Origin: Eledone cirrhosa
Lineage: Eukaryota
Direction: 5' to 3'
DNA length: 64,000 nt
Assembly (NCBI GenBank): GCA_964016885.1
Contig: OZ024741.1
Coordinates: 121,830,001 to 121,894,000 of the forward strand
Every line of letters begins with the position of its first letter. The first letter of the stretch is position 1. A program made the translations under genes and the position numbers. The notes beneath the pieces are model-generated. The model ran no database searches and was not told where the DNA came from. It worked only from the letters and a program-made list of their open reading frames with translations. Shown piece by piece: positions 37,985 to 53,650 of this stretch.

Positions 37985-40390
37985 AATATTATATATATCT
38001 TTGATAGGTTTTGGCCAGTATTAGCTCAGGCCATGTCTAGCTTAATTGCCCGACCTAGCGAAGTCTTTTAAATCAAGATTAGGACATCATGGCGCACTCA
38101 AGTAGATAATTATTGTTTACGGAGACATATCCGTGTGTAGGTGGTTTATCTGGGATTTCTTGGCGGAATATGTCCAAAGACGTTTTCAATATTATGCGAT
38201 CTGTTTCTGTTTTAATGTGTTTTGGTGTAATGTTAAAGAGAGCTGGACCGGTTGAGGTGAAATAAATGTGTCGTAGTGTTGTTATGAGATGCGAGTTTGA
38301 CTTTTGTTGTGGGCGGATAGCACGGCGCCCAAACCTTAGGTGTACTTTAAAGATTATGCCAACATCATTTGGGCAATGTTGATGGAATATTTTCCACATC
38401 ATGCAGACCATGTAGCGCTCACTACGGTGTTGGAGAAATTGGAGTTTTAGCTTTTCTTGTCGACCCCAGAAGTCAAGACCTGTCATGCCATTTATCTTGT
38501 TTGGTTTGTGATTTGACCTTTGAGGTGCTTCAACTTTCATAATACTTTGTTTCGTGGACAACATTATCGAAGGTGGGGTCGGATAAAAGTAGAGAAGAGA
38601 AGGATATGGTTTGAATATCTCTCGACTGGAAAGTTATGAAAATCCTGGAAAACATTCTGCGGGCCATGTCAACTTTGCTATCTATATGAGTGGCCCAGCT
38701 TAAGTTGTTAGCAACAATTTCTCCCATGTCTCTGTTGTTGTTGGAAGCCACAAGAATTTCACGTGAAGTAAAGGAGTATGGGTGTTTCAGTGCATCCCCC
38801 TTTTTCAAAGTAGATTAATTCGAATTTATCCTCGCTCAGAAGCATTTTGTTCTTTTCTGTCCCTTGGATACCATTATGTGGATCTAATTGAAGGCATGTC
38901 CTGTCACCCAATCCATTGACAACCATCTGTAGCTTGGAATCATCTGTAAAGATTCTTATATTGCTGCGCTTGATGACGTCAGTAATGTCATTTATATAAA
39001 TAATGAAAAGAAGTGGGTCCAACACAGTGCTTTGTGGAACGCCACTACTGATTTTGGCTGGGCTTCATTGTATTCCTTCGACTGCAACATGTTGGGCTCT
39101 CTTTGTCAGGAAACACTTCATCCATTTCAGTAACTTTCCGGAGCGACCAATGTTGGATAGTGTTATCAGTAGTATGTTGTGTTCAACCCTGTCAAAGGTC
39201 TTCTGAAATCAAGGTAGGTGGCATCAGTGTTGGAACCCTCTCCCAAAGCTCTTAAAATGCCATCAAAGTGATGTAGGATTACGGCACCCATATTGGTCGG
39301 AGTTCAGCAGATTGTTGCTTTCAAGGAAGTGAGTTATTTGTGATATCACCACCCTTTCAAATACCTTACAGATAAGGGAGGTGAGTGAGATTGGATGGTA
39401 ATTCACTGCAAGGGACTTGTTTCCCTTTTTGAAAACTGAGTCAACAGACTGGGACAGAAAGTTTTCAGGTATATAGCCAGCGTGCAGTGAGTTCCTCTAC
39501 AAAATAGCTTGAGGAGATGCAAGTTGGTGTCGGCACAACTTCAGGACATAACCAGGGATCATTTATCTTGTTTGTTTTGTGATTTGACCTTTCAGGTGCT
39601 TCAAGTTTCATAATACTTTGTTTCGTATAGGGTACCCACAGTGGACAACATTATTCAAGTGGGGTCGGATAAAAGTAGAGAAGAGAAGGATATGGTTTGA
39701 ATATCTCTCGACTGGAAAGTTATGAAAATCCTGGAACACATTCTGCGGGCCATGTCAACTTTGCTATCTATATGAGTGGCCCAGCTTAAGTTGTTAGCAA
39801 CAATTTCTCCCATGTCTCTGATGTTGTTTGAAGCCACAAGAATTTCACCTAAAGGAAGGGAATATGGGAGTTTCAGTGCATCTCCTTTTTCAAAGTGGAT
39901 TAATTCGAATTTATCCTCGTTCAACAGAATTTTGTTCTTTTCTGCCCATTGGATACCATCATGTAGATCTAATTGACGGCATGTCACCCAATCCATTGAC
40001 AACCGTCTAGAGCTCGGAATCATCTGCAAAGATTCTTATGTTGCTGTGCTTTATGATGACAGTAATGTAATTTATATAGATAATAAAAAGAAGAGGACCC
40101 AAAACTGCTTTGTGGAACGCCACTACTGAATTTAGCTGGGCTTGATTGTACTCTTTGATAGTACTCCAAATACCTTAATGATATGAGATATGAGTGAGAT
40201 TGGATAGTAATTCACTGCAAAGGACTTGTTTTCCTTTTGGAAAACTGAGACAACAGACTGGGACAGAAAGTTTTTCAGGTATATAGCCAGCGTGCAGTGA
40301 GTTCCTCTACAAATTAGCTTGAGGAGATGCAAGTTGGTGTCGGCACAACTTCAGGACATAACCAGGGATCCTATCGGAACCTACTGCTGA
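37985..40390 (-). mobile_element. Two tandem CR1/L2-type LINE pieces
   Basis: PLLFIIYIND and IFTDDSKL RT motifs (38759-39025); the second piece (39560-40390) is near-identical to 21520-22340. Confidence 0.8.
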
Positions 40391-40591
40391 ATTGTGTTTA
40401 ACTTCATTTATTTGGAGTCTATGCTTGTTCCACAAGATTCTATTTATTTTTCAATGGGTTTGCAAAATAAATAGAGATGAAAATGTATGAGTTAGATAAA
40501 AGATAACATTTTAGAGCAGCTTCGTGCTATGTTGTTTACACTATATGTATTTATTTATCTTTATCTTTTCTTTCCATATTTAAAAACAAAG

Positions 40592-40634
40592 AGCAAGAAA
40601 ATACAGATGATTCAATCGCTTTCCAATGGTGAAG
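40592..40634 (+). CDS. Host gene exon C2 (43 nt, module copy 2)
   Basis: aacaaag| ... g|gtagat; SKKIQMIQSLSNGE. Phase 0 to 1. Confidence 0.65.
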
Positions 40635-41304
40635 GTAGATATATATTTTCTTTCCCATACACCATTAGAATGTTTTTGATGTAAAAAGATAACTATTCTG
40701 GATGCAAGATTAAATGAGACATTCCGACGGACATGATGCACTGTAGAATGGTAGATAGAAAAATGATCATGCAGATATACATGTATGAGAGTGCATATAG
40801 GGCAACACATTCACACAGACATGCATATATCTATGTATGTAAGGAGCTCTTAAGAATCAATGGCCATCCAAAATCACCGGGAGAGATGACCTCTTAGCCT
40901 TTGTCAAGGCAGAATTCTAGGAGAAGGAAAACTCTGATATAACACCTGCAGCCCTGATGGTATCCAATGATGTTGACTTGTTCTTCTTTTTGGTAAATAA
41001 TATCTTGGTTAAGAGAGTGGGATTGGCTTTGTGCAGTGCCTTTGCTCACTATAAAAGCTTCACGGCACAGGCATTGCTTTATATCTGGAGATCTCTCTGC
41101 ACTTGTCGTCACATGGTACCATGGGCCCAGCACTATGTGTCAATAATTGTCACAAGTGTAGTGTTTGTACCAGAGTTTTCAAGTCGCTGGCTGGACTAAA
41201 AAATCTCACTCGTTCAGCGCAAAGGTAGGGGTTCTCCTACATGGATATAAAGTAGTGGCCGTACTCGAAAAAGGGTTGGCAGCCACCATGTATGTATGTA
41301 TGTA

Positions 41305-42215
41305 TGTTCTTCTGGTTTTTTAATTTCACAAATTTTTACCAATAGAGAGAGAGTCGGTTTCTAACATAGACACAATACTCTCTTATTGGAATTTACACAA
41401 CATTAGCTAGGTAGATTATGTATGCATGCCTGCATGCATGCATGCATGTGTAGATATGGATGTTATTGTATGTGTGGCTGTGTATGTTTTGAGTTGTATG
41501 TGTGCATGTGTATATGCTTTGTATCTGTACATGTGTATATGCAGTTATTAGATGCAACATTTTTTTAATGTTTTACATATTTTTACTGTTCCGTTCATGG
41601 ATTGTACTTGTAATTTCCTAACTAGTTGTGTTCTTTCTGTTCTTGTGAAGCCTAGCTTCTCAATATTTGTATTGAGGCAGTTACTAACATACACCAGTGC
41701 CCCAATAATCAAAGGCATAAATCTTAAGGTGTAATCAGGATGGAGTATCTACAGATTTCTCATCAGTTCTGCATAAATATTCTCTTTTTCGCTAATCTTT
41801 GATATTATATTAGCATCTGCTGGGCACTTAACTTCCACTACTGTGCATGCTTTCTTTTCCATGTCCCATATCATAATATCTGGTCTGTTATGCCTGCATT
41901 TTATTGGGGTTGTTACTGGAACATTCCACCAGTAATCTTTCATATTATGTATATGGATGTCTTCCACATTGGTGTAGTTTTAATGTGTTATTATCGGGGC
42001 TATCCTTTCTACGGATTGCATTGTACAGTGTTTTGTCCACTATATTATGCCTCATAGGTGACATCTTTGGACAGCTGCTGATGACATGGGTGACATCTTC
42101 GATGTTAATTCTGCAGAATCTGCACTTGTTATCGCATCTAGTTGTTTTAGCTGCATCCCTATCTCTTTTGTGAATCAGGTATTTCGTGTTAATTTCCTGT
42201 TCTTGGATTGCAAAG
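41305..42215 (-). mobile_element. R4/Dong-like LINE 3' fragment
   Basis: CRFC..HVISSC, HNRPDIMI, VEVKCP; homologous to 24797-25712. Confidence 0.85.
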
Positions 42216-42980
42216 GTATGTATGTATGCATGTATGCATGCATGTATGTATGCATGTATGTATGTATTCATGCATGCATGTATGTATATATGTATATATA
42301 TATGTATGTATGCATGTATGTCCCTCCGTCCTTTGCCAGGTCTTGTATTTCATCCTGCAGAGTGTCCAAATATCACCCTCCTCACCAAGCAAACTTGGTG
42401 GGGTTACCGGTTTAGTCGCCGACGACCGGATCATGAGACTGGTTGTCAACAGCCATCCAAATAGTACTTTTCTTTTCACCTTTCTAGGAGAGTGAAACTC
42501 TGGAAAGAAACCTGCGGCTTCAGAAGCATCTGATGATGTTGACCAGTTCTCCTTTTCGGGTAGTGTCTCCGATGCTTAGAGAGTGGGATTGGTTGAGTGC
42601 AAGGTCTTTCCCTACTTACAAAAAAACATTCAAAGCCCAGGCATTGCTTGTTCAAGGTATGTTACAGGTTAGTGTGACTGGCCGTAGCCTAAATGTGCAG
42701 CAAACCCTATAATCCTCCAAGCAATTGCAGTACTCTTAGCAGAGTTTGCAGCCATCATGTATGTATGTATGTATGTATGTATGTATGTATGTATGTACGT
42801 ATTGCAGTCATTAAAATTTCGGCCTTAAAGAGATTATTCGAACATATCAAAACCCCCATTATCCTTTCAAATGTGGCACATATTTTATCGATCCCTTACT
42901 AGTCGAAGCGCTAAGTGACGAGGCATAAACACATATATCTATATAGATATCTGTTTCTCTCACTCCCTCTTCTCTCTCTC

Positions 42981-43595
<615 letters not shown>

Positions 43596-43605
43596 TATAT
43601 ATATA

Positions 43606-44063
<458 letters not shown>

Positions 44064-44226
44064 AAGGGTACAATATGACAAATAAAGAGTAATGTTTTAC
44101 CATGTATATTCAACATGATATTTCAAGACTAATATCATCTTTTCAATTGGTAAACGGAAACGGCTCAAATCAAAAAGCAAACGATTGATGTGATCTTTCT
44201 TTATATATTTAATGGCATTGTATCGG

Positions 44227-44281
<55 letters not shown>

Positions 44282-44857
44282 GTTTGTATATCTATAATAA
44301 AGCCAAAACAATGCAGGCATGGACATAGAATAAAGAATGCAAATGCAAAAGATATTGTTGACAATTAGTCTTTTACCTTAGATTTATTTAAATGTCCTTA
44401 ATTTTCGAGATAATATCTCTTCTTCAGAGGGAAGTAAAGTTGTTAATCCAGTGTTCTAAATAGCTTGCCAAGTCATCCTGTCAGCATGACAGTATGTGTA
44501 TATGTGTGTGTATGTGTATATATAGGTGTGTCTCTCGTGTGTGTGTATGTGTGTATATATAGGTGTGTCTCTCGTATGCGTGGATGTCTATGTATGTCTG
44601 TGTGTTTGAGTGTTTCACGTGTGTATGTGTGCATAGGTGTGTGTTTGATGTCTCGTTTCTATGTATATGTGTGTGTTTAGGTGTGTATGTGTGTGTGTGT
44701 GTGTGTCTATAGGCGTGTTTCTTCTGTACGTATGTGTGTGTGCATGTGTGTATACGGGTGTGTCTCGAGTGTGGGTGTCACGTGTGTGTGTGGTTGGGTG
44801 GGGCGGTAGGTAGGTGTGAAGGTGCCGATGTAGGGCGGGGTGGAACGGAATGGTGGA

Positions 44858-44859
<2 letters not shown>

Positions 44860-44896
<37 letters not shown>

Positions 44897-45132
44897 TGAG
44901 AAAGAGAGAGGGAGAGAGAGGGAGAGAGAGGGAGAGATAATGTGAAAGAGAAAAGAGAGAGAGATAATGAGAAAGAGAGAGAGAGAGATAATGAGAAAAA
45001 GAGAGAGATAATGAGAAAGAGAGAGAGAGAGAGAGAGGGAGAGATAATGAGAAAGAGAGAGAGAGAGATAATGTGAAAGAGAGAGAGAGAGAGAGGGAGA
45101 GATAATGAGAAAGAGAGAGAGATAATGAGAAA

Positions 45133-45188
<56 letters not shown>

Positions 45189-45223
45189 TAATGAGAAAGA
45201 GAGAGAGAGAGAGATAATGAGAA

Positions 45224-45272
<49 letters not shown>
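44860..45272. repeat. Compound (GA)n-ATAAT low-complexity repeat
   Basis: Repeated gagagataatgagaaa units. Confidence 0.9.
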
Positions 45273-45273
<1 letters not shown>

Positions 45274-45379
45274 AAAGGGCAACCGGCTGAGGTTGAAGGA
45301 ACAGAATAGCGGTCGCCCTCGGGTCCTCGATTTTCAGCCCCATGGATTTTATCTATTACATTCACGTATTATATTTCGA

Positions 45380-45437
45380 ATACCTGATGATGTCACCGGA
45401 TTCATACGGAACCCGGTCATTGAAATGATCATAGTAT
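45380..45437 (+). ncRNA. Type I hammerhead ribozyme motif
   Basis: atac-CTGATGA-tgtcaccgg..ccggtcatt-GAAA-tgatca-TA-gtat; palindromic loop III. Host element ~45285-45630. Confidence 0.75.
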
Positions 45438-45635
45438 AATAAACCTTTCAAGGATTTACACAAATCCACCCTCCTGTCATTTCATTATAATATTTAACTC
45501 CGTCATAGCACCACCAACTACAAAAACAAAGACGGTTGAACTGCCTTACGTTGAGTACTCTCTATATTATTGCATTACGATTGACCATACGGAATAGACC
45601 AGCTCTATACAGTGGTGAACCTCAAACCTGAATAA

Positions 45636-45695
<60 letters not shown>

Positions 45696-45707
45696 GTATA
45701 TATATAC

Positions 45708-45918
<211 letters not shown>

Positions 45919-45966
45919 TATATACATATATATATACATATATATATATACATATATATATATATA

Positions 45967-46724
45967 CATTATGAAGAGAGAAGAAACATTTAGATATAAT
46001 TAGTAATAAAATGTATCATACCTAAACTGCTCCTAAATTCCTCGACTACGTAGTTTCGTGGCATAAACAAAAACAATATATCATAAAGATATAGAGTCCC
46101 TGTGTCCGCGTGTATCTGTGTGTTTCTAAATATATTGTTAATAACTCCCTCTGGTCGAGCAATCTTTAAAGTGTGGGGACAGCTGGAAAGCTTCCATTAC
46201 CCATACTTCTCGCCTTCTTCACCACCTCTTCTACAGCCTCGATATAAATACCCCCTCCGCCTCCGTGGTATTTTCTTCCGGGTTATAAGAGGCTTAGCTC
46301 TGTCTCTCGACCGTTATATCGCGTGACTATCTCCCCCTCCGCCTTTTGGGATTCTTTCTCACGTCGTGTAGACGCGTTCTTGAGACTAGTAAAATGAGGT
46401 ATCCTCTTGATAAGTCGGCAGACCTCGCAGGGACTCTATATCTTTATGATATATTGTTTTTGTTTATGCCACGAACCTACGTAGTCGAGGAATTTAGGAG
46501 CAGTTTAGGTATGATACATTTTATTACTAATTATATCTAAATGTTTCTTCTCTCTTCATAATGTATTTTTAACTCTGATACTGGTTCAGTCTAGTTCAAC
46601 TGAATTGGTCTGTCCCAGTCATTCATTGAGCAACATCGGTGAAGTTGGCACCCTTAACTCACAGTTGGGTGCGGATGCATTCATGTATATATGTGTGTGT
46701 CCGCGTGTATCTGTGTGTTTCTAA

Positions 46725-46731
<7 letters not shown>
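45967..46731. mobile_element. Fold-back element family D
   Basis: Arms ~45967-46102 / 46428-46565. Decayed hammerhead at 46402-46491 (tcctc-TTGATAA..GAAC-ctacgtag-TC-gagga; the left arm retains GAAA). Direct repeat ~46101-46137 = 46696-46731. Confidence 0.85.
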
Positions 46732-46756
<25 letters not shown>

Positions 46757-46763
<7 letters not shown>

Positions 46764-47660
46764 ATACTTGGGGAGGGGAGGGTCATATTTGTGTAATATT
46801 GCCAGAATTAATAACAGAACACACTCACTGTTTGGTTAGTTTTCGCTTTTCGCTTCTGTATCTTTTATATCGGTTAATTTAATTTATTCGGTCCTCAATG
46901 TTGCCATTGACTGACCAACGGTCAAAAATACAGATACAATATAGACACAAACATATATATATAGTCTATCAAAGTTCTTTCGTTGCACATCTGCAACATC
47001 GTCAGTGGTGCTATTGTTTCCTCCCGTTGCATTGTATTTTCTCCGCCATCTTTATTTAAACTATATATATATAGAACTTAGAAGGCCAAGACTAAACAGA
47101 AAGAATGAATGGAATAACAACACCCAAACAAACAACACTGACCTAAGAGAAGTATAAATAAATAAATAAATAAATAAATACATACACAAGCACAATAACA
47201 ACAAACACATATAAACACACACTAGTAAAGATGGAATACATTAACCGATACACAGTCACCCAATCACGAACACACATCAAACAAAACACTATACACACAC
47301 GCAAATGCATGCGCAAAGAAGACAAAATAAAATAAACAAACAAACAAATAAATAAATATATAGACAGACTAAATAAAAATGGCGTAGACATACAATGTAA
47401 CGGGAGGAAACAATAACACCACTGACGATGTTACAGATGTGAAACGAAAGAACTTTGATAGACTGTATATATGTGTTTGTGTCTATATCGTATCTGTATT
47501 ATTTTTGACCGTCGGTCAGTCAATGGCAACATTGAGGACCGAATAAATTAGATTACCGATATAAAAGACACAGAAGCGAAACGCGAAAACCAACCAAACA
47601 GTGAGTGTGTTCTGTTATTAATTCTGGAAATATTACACAAATATGACCCTCCCCAAGTAT

Positions 47661-47667
<7 letters not shown>
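46757..47667. mobile_element. Fold-back element, family A-related, with a hammerhead-like motif in both arms
   Basis: ~310-bp arms 46757-47070 / 47360-47667 with the family A terminus; CTGACGA-t-gttgca..tgcaac-GAAA (46967-47010 minus; 47417-47460 plus). Confidence 0.85.
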
Positions 47668-47743
<76 letters not shown>

Positions 47744-47764
47744 AACTATATAAATATATATATA

Positions 47765-48195
47765 CAAACTCTCCCCCTCACTCTATATCACTACATACCT
47801 CACTCTCTCACAATTTCCCTCTCTCACTAGAACACAAAATTCTCTCCTTCTCTCTATATTCCATTACATAACCCACTCTCTTTCAATCTCTTAATTCGCC
47901 CTCTCTCACTAGGCCAATAAACTCTCATCCCTCTCTATAACCCAAAACATACCTCACACTCTCTAACAATACCCTCTCTCTCACTAGACGACCAAATTTT
48001 ACCCACCTCTCTATATTCCACTACATACCTCACACTCTCCCTCTATTACGCTTCTTTCACTAGACCAACAAATTCTCTCCTACTTTATATATCCCACTAC
48101 ATACCTAGGCTATTAAAATCTCACCCTTCTCTATAACCCTCTGCATACATCACACTCACTCTCTCTAGACAACTAAATTCTCTCTCCCTCTCACA
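47765..48195. repeat. Degenerate CT-rich tandem repeat
   Basis: Recurring ctctctcactaga..aaattctc..cactacatacctcacactctc units. Confidence 0.6.
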
Positions 48196-48550
48196 ATAAT
48201 ATTTTTTACTTTGAAGAAACAAATGTTTCCATCTTCCGTAAAGAACGACAATCAAAGAGGTAGAAAGATAGAGAGAAAGAGATTATGGCTATGAGAGAGT
48301 AGCGAATAATTCCTGCTAAATAGGAAAGGTATCTATGTGCGTGTGAATATATGTGTGTGTCTGTCTGTGACCAGTGTATATATCTCATAGACACCCACAC
48401 ACACACATATATATATATATATATTAGGGTAAATATTGCTGCAATTTATTTCAAGCACTCAACGTACTTTTTCCACATAGGAGTGACGGAGTAAATATCG
48501 AATAAGGAAAAACGAAGTAGTTTCAGATGTTCAAATCCTTTAATAATAAT

Positions 48551-48624
48551 GCTGTGATATATATTTCAGTGACGACACTGGCCACACTGTTCTGTGTGCG
48601 AGTGTCGTGTCATCATCAGACAGC
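48551..48624 (-). ncRNA. Type I hammerhead ribozyme motif (left arm of family E)
   Basis: Reverse complement of 49754-49827. Confidence 0.8.
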
Positions 48625-49753
48625 TTGTTACATAATAAGGTTATGTTTCGGAGGCAATTAGTTGAGCGCTTTACGATGTAACCGATATGGTGGAGAAGAG
48701 AGGAACCAACCATAAGCTACCCCGGAAATTCCCTCTACCATGGGGATGGAAACCCCTTACACTGGACGGACATAATAGTAACTTTCGGCAGGATAAATAC
48801 GCGGAAACAAATAATAGGATAAACCACTATTTTCCTGCACCAAATCGCATTTGAACAGAGGCCCCCTCAATTCAATCTATACATGGACAGATGGACAATC
48901 ATATTGATCATTTTGCATATATGTACTCTGTGTTTTTGCATTTATTCACTATTGGTTCTGTTATTTTCTTTTGTGTACTTTATGTCTGTTTTTCTTTGAT
49001 TTTGTTCCATGTGATGGAAATTAGGAATGTGTACCAGATTGACTAATGCCTGGAGCCCTGTAGTTATAATGTACGGCACTGTCGTTCAATATGTGGATAG
49101 AGTAACTGTGAAACTAGAATCCCTCTCAGAACATATTACTTAAACATCTCTCTCCATATTATTTACTCACTTCAGTCTATATTTTTACTCACCTCAATCC
49201 GAATTATCACCTGAAAAGAATTTTTTTAATTCTTTTTTTTAATTCTTTAATTTTTAATTGTTAATTTCTTAATTGTTTAATTTATAATTTCTGATATTTG
49301 ATTTAGGATTTTAATTTTTATTTCCAACTCCCACTCTTAACTTCCAACGTAAAACCATGATACTGGAATAAGTTTATTTTCCCTTATAAGATGATGGTCA
49401 GTCGTATCGTCAACGCTTAGTGAGGGGTAGTATTATGACCTGTCAAAACTAACACTCTCCCATCCCCTCTGGCTCTCGGCTGACTGCCACAGCCGTGATG
49501 GGTAGCAGTAAAATATGGTACAGGCATTGGTGGGCCACTGTTTTGGCTGACAGGGTGAACTGACTAAGCAAATTTCGTTGAAATCTGCGGTGGATAATGG
49601 TCAACTTCCTTCGGACATGCGTTTGCGCAGGCCGGTGGGGGGGAATTGGTACTCACAAGGGAGCGGATGAAAAACTCCAAAACACGCAATTCATCCGTTC
49701 CCATGTCGATCCAATTTGGATTGCCTCGGAAACATAACCTTATTATGTAACAA

Positions 49754-49827
49754 GCTGTCTGATGATGACACGACACTCGCACACAGAACAGTGTGGCCAG
49801 TGTCGTCACTGAAATATATATCACAGC
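49754..49827 (+). ncRNA. Type I hammerhead ribozyme motif
   Basis: gctgt-CTGATGA-tgacacgacact..agtgtcgtcact-GAAA-tatata-TC-acagc; perfect 5-bp stem I, long stem II, palindromic loop III. Confidence 0.8.
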
Positions 49828-49876
49828 ATTATTATTAAAGGACCTGAACATCTGAAACTACTTCGCTTTTCCTTAT

Positions 49877-49940
<64 letters not shown>

Positions 49941-49944
<4 letters not shown>

Positions 49945-50069
49945 AACCAGTAAGACCCCGACGGCTGAGCTCCGGGGTCTTACTGGTTCCTATTACCCAC
50001 TCTACTACCCTAAGTATTGAGTACTTTGGTGCGTTATGGTCCACCTGGTTCCTTACCACATTTTCTTCG

Positions 50070-50070
<1 letters not shown>
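49941..50070. mobile_element. Mini fold-back element
   Basis: 20-bp perfect inverted repeat taggaaccagtaagaccccg / cggggtcttactggttccta plus a ~77-nt tail, between (TA)n tracts. Confidence 0.75.
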
Positions 50071-50143
<73 letters not shown>

Positions 50144-50195
50144 AGGTATATATATATGAAATATAAGAATCAAAGAACTGTTCAAAACATTATTG

Positions 50196-50242
50196 TGCTT
50201 ACAGCTGTTTCCTCCAAACCGAGGTTTGGATTCTTCGGAGCA
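50196..50242 (-). ncRNA. Hammerhead ribozyme motif with CCGAAGA core
   Basis: tgct-CCGAAGA-a-tccaaac-ctcg-gtttgga-g-GAAA-cagctg-TA-agca. Confidence 0.7.
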
Positions 50243-50939
50243 ATTTATTAATGCATGGACAGTTATATGACCTCCTTTTCAGCCGAGAGACATACCAATA
50301 CATATTCAAACATTGATACATATTCAAATATTGTGGGTCAACATTCATTACAGAATTTAGAGTGGCAGTACACACTTCGAGATTACATTTATATTAATAG
50401 GTACAATCAAAAATCAAAGATATAGGTTAAAGTACAACATGAAGATAAGTGGTTATATAGTGCAAATGTTATATGTGTGGCACGCATGTGCGTCTTGTTT
50501 ATATAGTGTGGCAGAGAGATATGTGTGGTAGAGGCACTTAGGTAGGTAAATAAGAGTGTTAGGTTGGTAGATCTGGTGGCAAAGTCTTTATATGATTGAT
50601 ATAGTCTGTGTGTGGAGAAATATTATAAGCATTAAAGATAGTGCAAGCATTAAAAGTGTTATAAGTATTGGAGATGCACAGCGCAGGGATGTCAAGTAAT
50701 TCATGTACTTCGGTATTTTCATGGTCAAGGGAGTGTATATTTCGATTATATGCCTTTCACATAATCCACGACAATCCAGTTAGAGATCGTAGTCTGGTGT
50801 TCTTTAGTTCGATACAGGAGGGTGTTACGTTTCGAGAGACGCCATTGAATACCGGAAGTGTGTGTGTGGCTAAGGGGAGTTAATGCATGCGGGGAGGTAA
50901 CTCTGGGGTTTCTATATCTAGCCATATATGTATATATAA

Positions 50940-51082
<143 letters not shown>

Positions 51083-51520
51083 TGTGTGTGTGTGTGTGCG
51101 TGTGAGTATATATATATATAAATATACACACACATATTTACATGGGCCTTCCAATTTCCTTTTACATTATATCAATGTCTGTGTATATTTTAATTATTTT
51201 AAACTTATTTTAAAGCAATCATAAACTTAAAAAAATATTTTTAAGTGAACGTGACCCAACGGGTAACGGGTGGTCTAGTATACTACTAAAATTCTGTGAT
51301 TGTGTGCTTGTCTGTAATGTAATACACCCAAAACGGCGCATAATGGTAAAATACTTTGAAACAAAATTGTCCCTGAAATATGAATAAAAATGGAATAAAA
51401 CAAATTTTGCGTAAATCGGAGTACGGATTCCGAGATACGGGGTTTTCCGGGTACCTTCATAAATAGCCGAACAGATCCGTGAAAACCAATATAGCCCTCT
51501 CTCTTTATATATATATATAG

Positions 51521-51834
51521 TTCGTTTTTGGATGGTCATGCTACCAATAGAAACACATACTCCTGTTGTTTTCACTTCAATTTATTATAAGTTTCCGGCT
51601 GGTTGGTTCGATAACAGGATGTTGTAGTACAGAACAAAGGAGAGTCACAAAATAAAAACCTAGTCACTGACAAGGTTACAGATTGTGTAACGAAAGAGCT
51701 TTGCTAATATGTAAACAATCCTCCGGTTATCGAAACAATCAAACAAACGGAAACATAATAAATTAAAGTGAAAACCGACGGATGGGTGTGTTTTTTTTTT
51801 TGGCAGCATGATTCTCCCAAAGTATAACAATATA
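51521..51834. mobile_element. Fold-back element family A, copy 3
   Basis: Family A termini; spacer has tagtca-CTGACAA-g-gttaca..tgtaac-GAAA-gagc-TT-tgcta (51661-51705). Confidence 0.75.
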
Positions 51835-51876
51835 TAAATATTATGTATAAACACACACACATATATATATACACAC

Positions 51877-51976
<100 letters not shown>

Positions 51977-51986
51977 TTATACATAT

Positions 51987-52017
<31 letters not shown>

Positions 52018-52076
52018 GTGTGTGTATATATATGTATACATACATGTATGTGTGTATATATATATATGTGTGTGTG

Positions 52077-52159
<83 letters not shown>

Positions 52160-52165
<6 letters not shown>

Positions 52166-52860
52166 TGCCCCCTCGTTATCCAGTATGGACATTGCACGAT
52201 ATAACATTATTAACAATTATTATGCTTTCCAGCATAGTTACATCCCTTTACGATCTGAGTTCAAATCCCGCCGAGGTTGACTTTGCCTTTCATCCTTACG
52301 GGGTCGATAAAATAAAGTACCAGTAATGCACTGGGTAATTGCTGGCCTTGTGCCTAAAGTAGAAACAATTATTAACAATTATCAATTAATGCTATCGTGC
52401 AATACCTGTGCGTGAAGAATTTTTTAAAGTGAGGGAAGACTGTGTACTGAGCCAATCCCACTCTCTGAGCGACAGTAGCTATAACCCGAAAAGAAGAAAA
52501 GATCAACATCATCGGTAACTACTGAGCTGCAGGTTTTATGTCGGAGTTATCCCAGTTTCCTGAGTTGCCTTCTCTTAGAAGAATGCCTTGATAAAGGCTA
52601 GGGGTCCTTCACTCCCAGTGGTTTAACCGCGCGATGGGGCATGCAGCCCGATTATTTCTATGTCCCCGCGTATATACATACATATGCACATGTGTATATA
52701 CATATACGCATATATATATACATACATACACATTTATATACATATTTACACATTTTGGGGTGGCCGTTAACTCTTATGCGTCCTTCCGCCCTTTGTCAGG
52801 TTTTGTTTTTTGTGCTGGAGGGTGTCCAAAATCACCCTCCTCACCAAGTAAAGTAGGCGT
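52160..52860 (-). mobile_element. GCAGCCATC-ended SINE-like element interrupted by a truncated family 2 SINE
   Basis: Reverse complement of 27990-28480; the insert at ~52222-52368 is flanked by the direct repeat attattaacaattat. Confidence 0.75.
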
Positions 52861-52930
52861 TGTTGTTGTTTTTTACATTCCTATATAAATATATATATAA
52901 CATACATACATACATACATACATACATACA

Positions 52931-52966
<36 letters not shown>

Positions 52967-52972
52967 TATATA

Positions 52973-53368
52973 TAAATCAGGAAAGAAGAGTGACACGGTT
53001 TGCTATACAAAAAAGGTTTTTAATCTCATTGCTGACAATTTCTCGCAAGCTCCGATGAACTGACTGGTTATAATTTTGTATTGGCGATCGAGTAACGTGA
53101 AAATAAGCGGATAACGATCTCTAGACCTACCAGTTCAGAGAAACAATTGTCAGCAATGAGATTAAAAACCTTTTTTGTATAGCAAACCGTGTCACTCTTC
53201 TTTCCTGATTTATTATTACTCCAAGTGTTTACAACATAGGAATTACAGCGTACTCGCAGCATCACTATGGAAACGCCTTGTTGAGTCAAACTTAGCCAAG
53301 CGTTGATATCATCCACTACCCGGAGTACACCTAAGTGGACTGCATATAACTATTATTTGTTACCCCGC
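52973..53368. mobile_element. Fold-back element family F
   Basis: Perfect arms 52973-53039 / 53145-53211; tail to 53368; (TA)n flanks. Confidence 0.85.
53049..53154 (+). ncRNA. Hammerhead ribozyme motif with CCGATGA core
   Basis: gct-CCGATGA-a-ctgactggt..accagttcag-a-GAAA-caattg-TC-agc. Confidence 0.65.

Positions 53369-53650
<282 letters not shown>

Larger units (their letters stand above)
48424..49878. mobile_element. Fold-back element family E
   Basis: Arms 48500-48658 / 49720-49878; ~75-nt tail 48424-48499; 1.06-kb non-coding spacer; microsatellite flanks. Confidence 0.9.

Noticed and set aside
50650-50900. Possible GIY-YIG remnant upstream of the 50196 hammerhead
   Set aside because: Only a short RTKEH-like match with stops; insufficient support.
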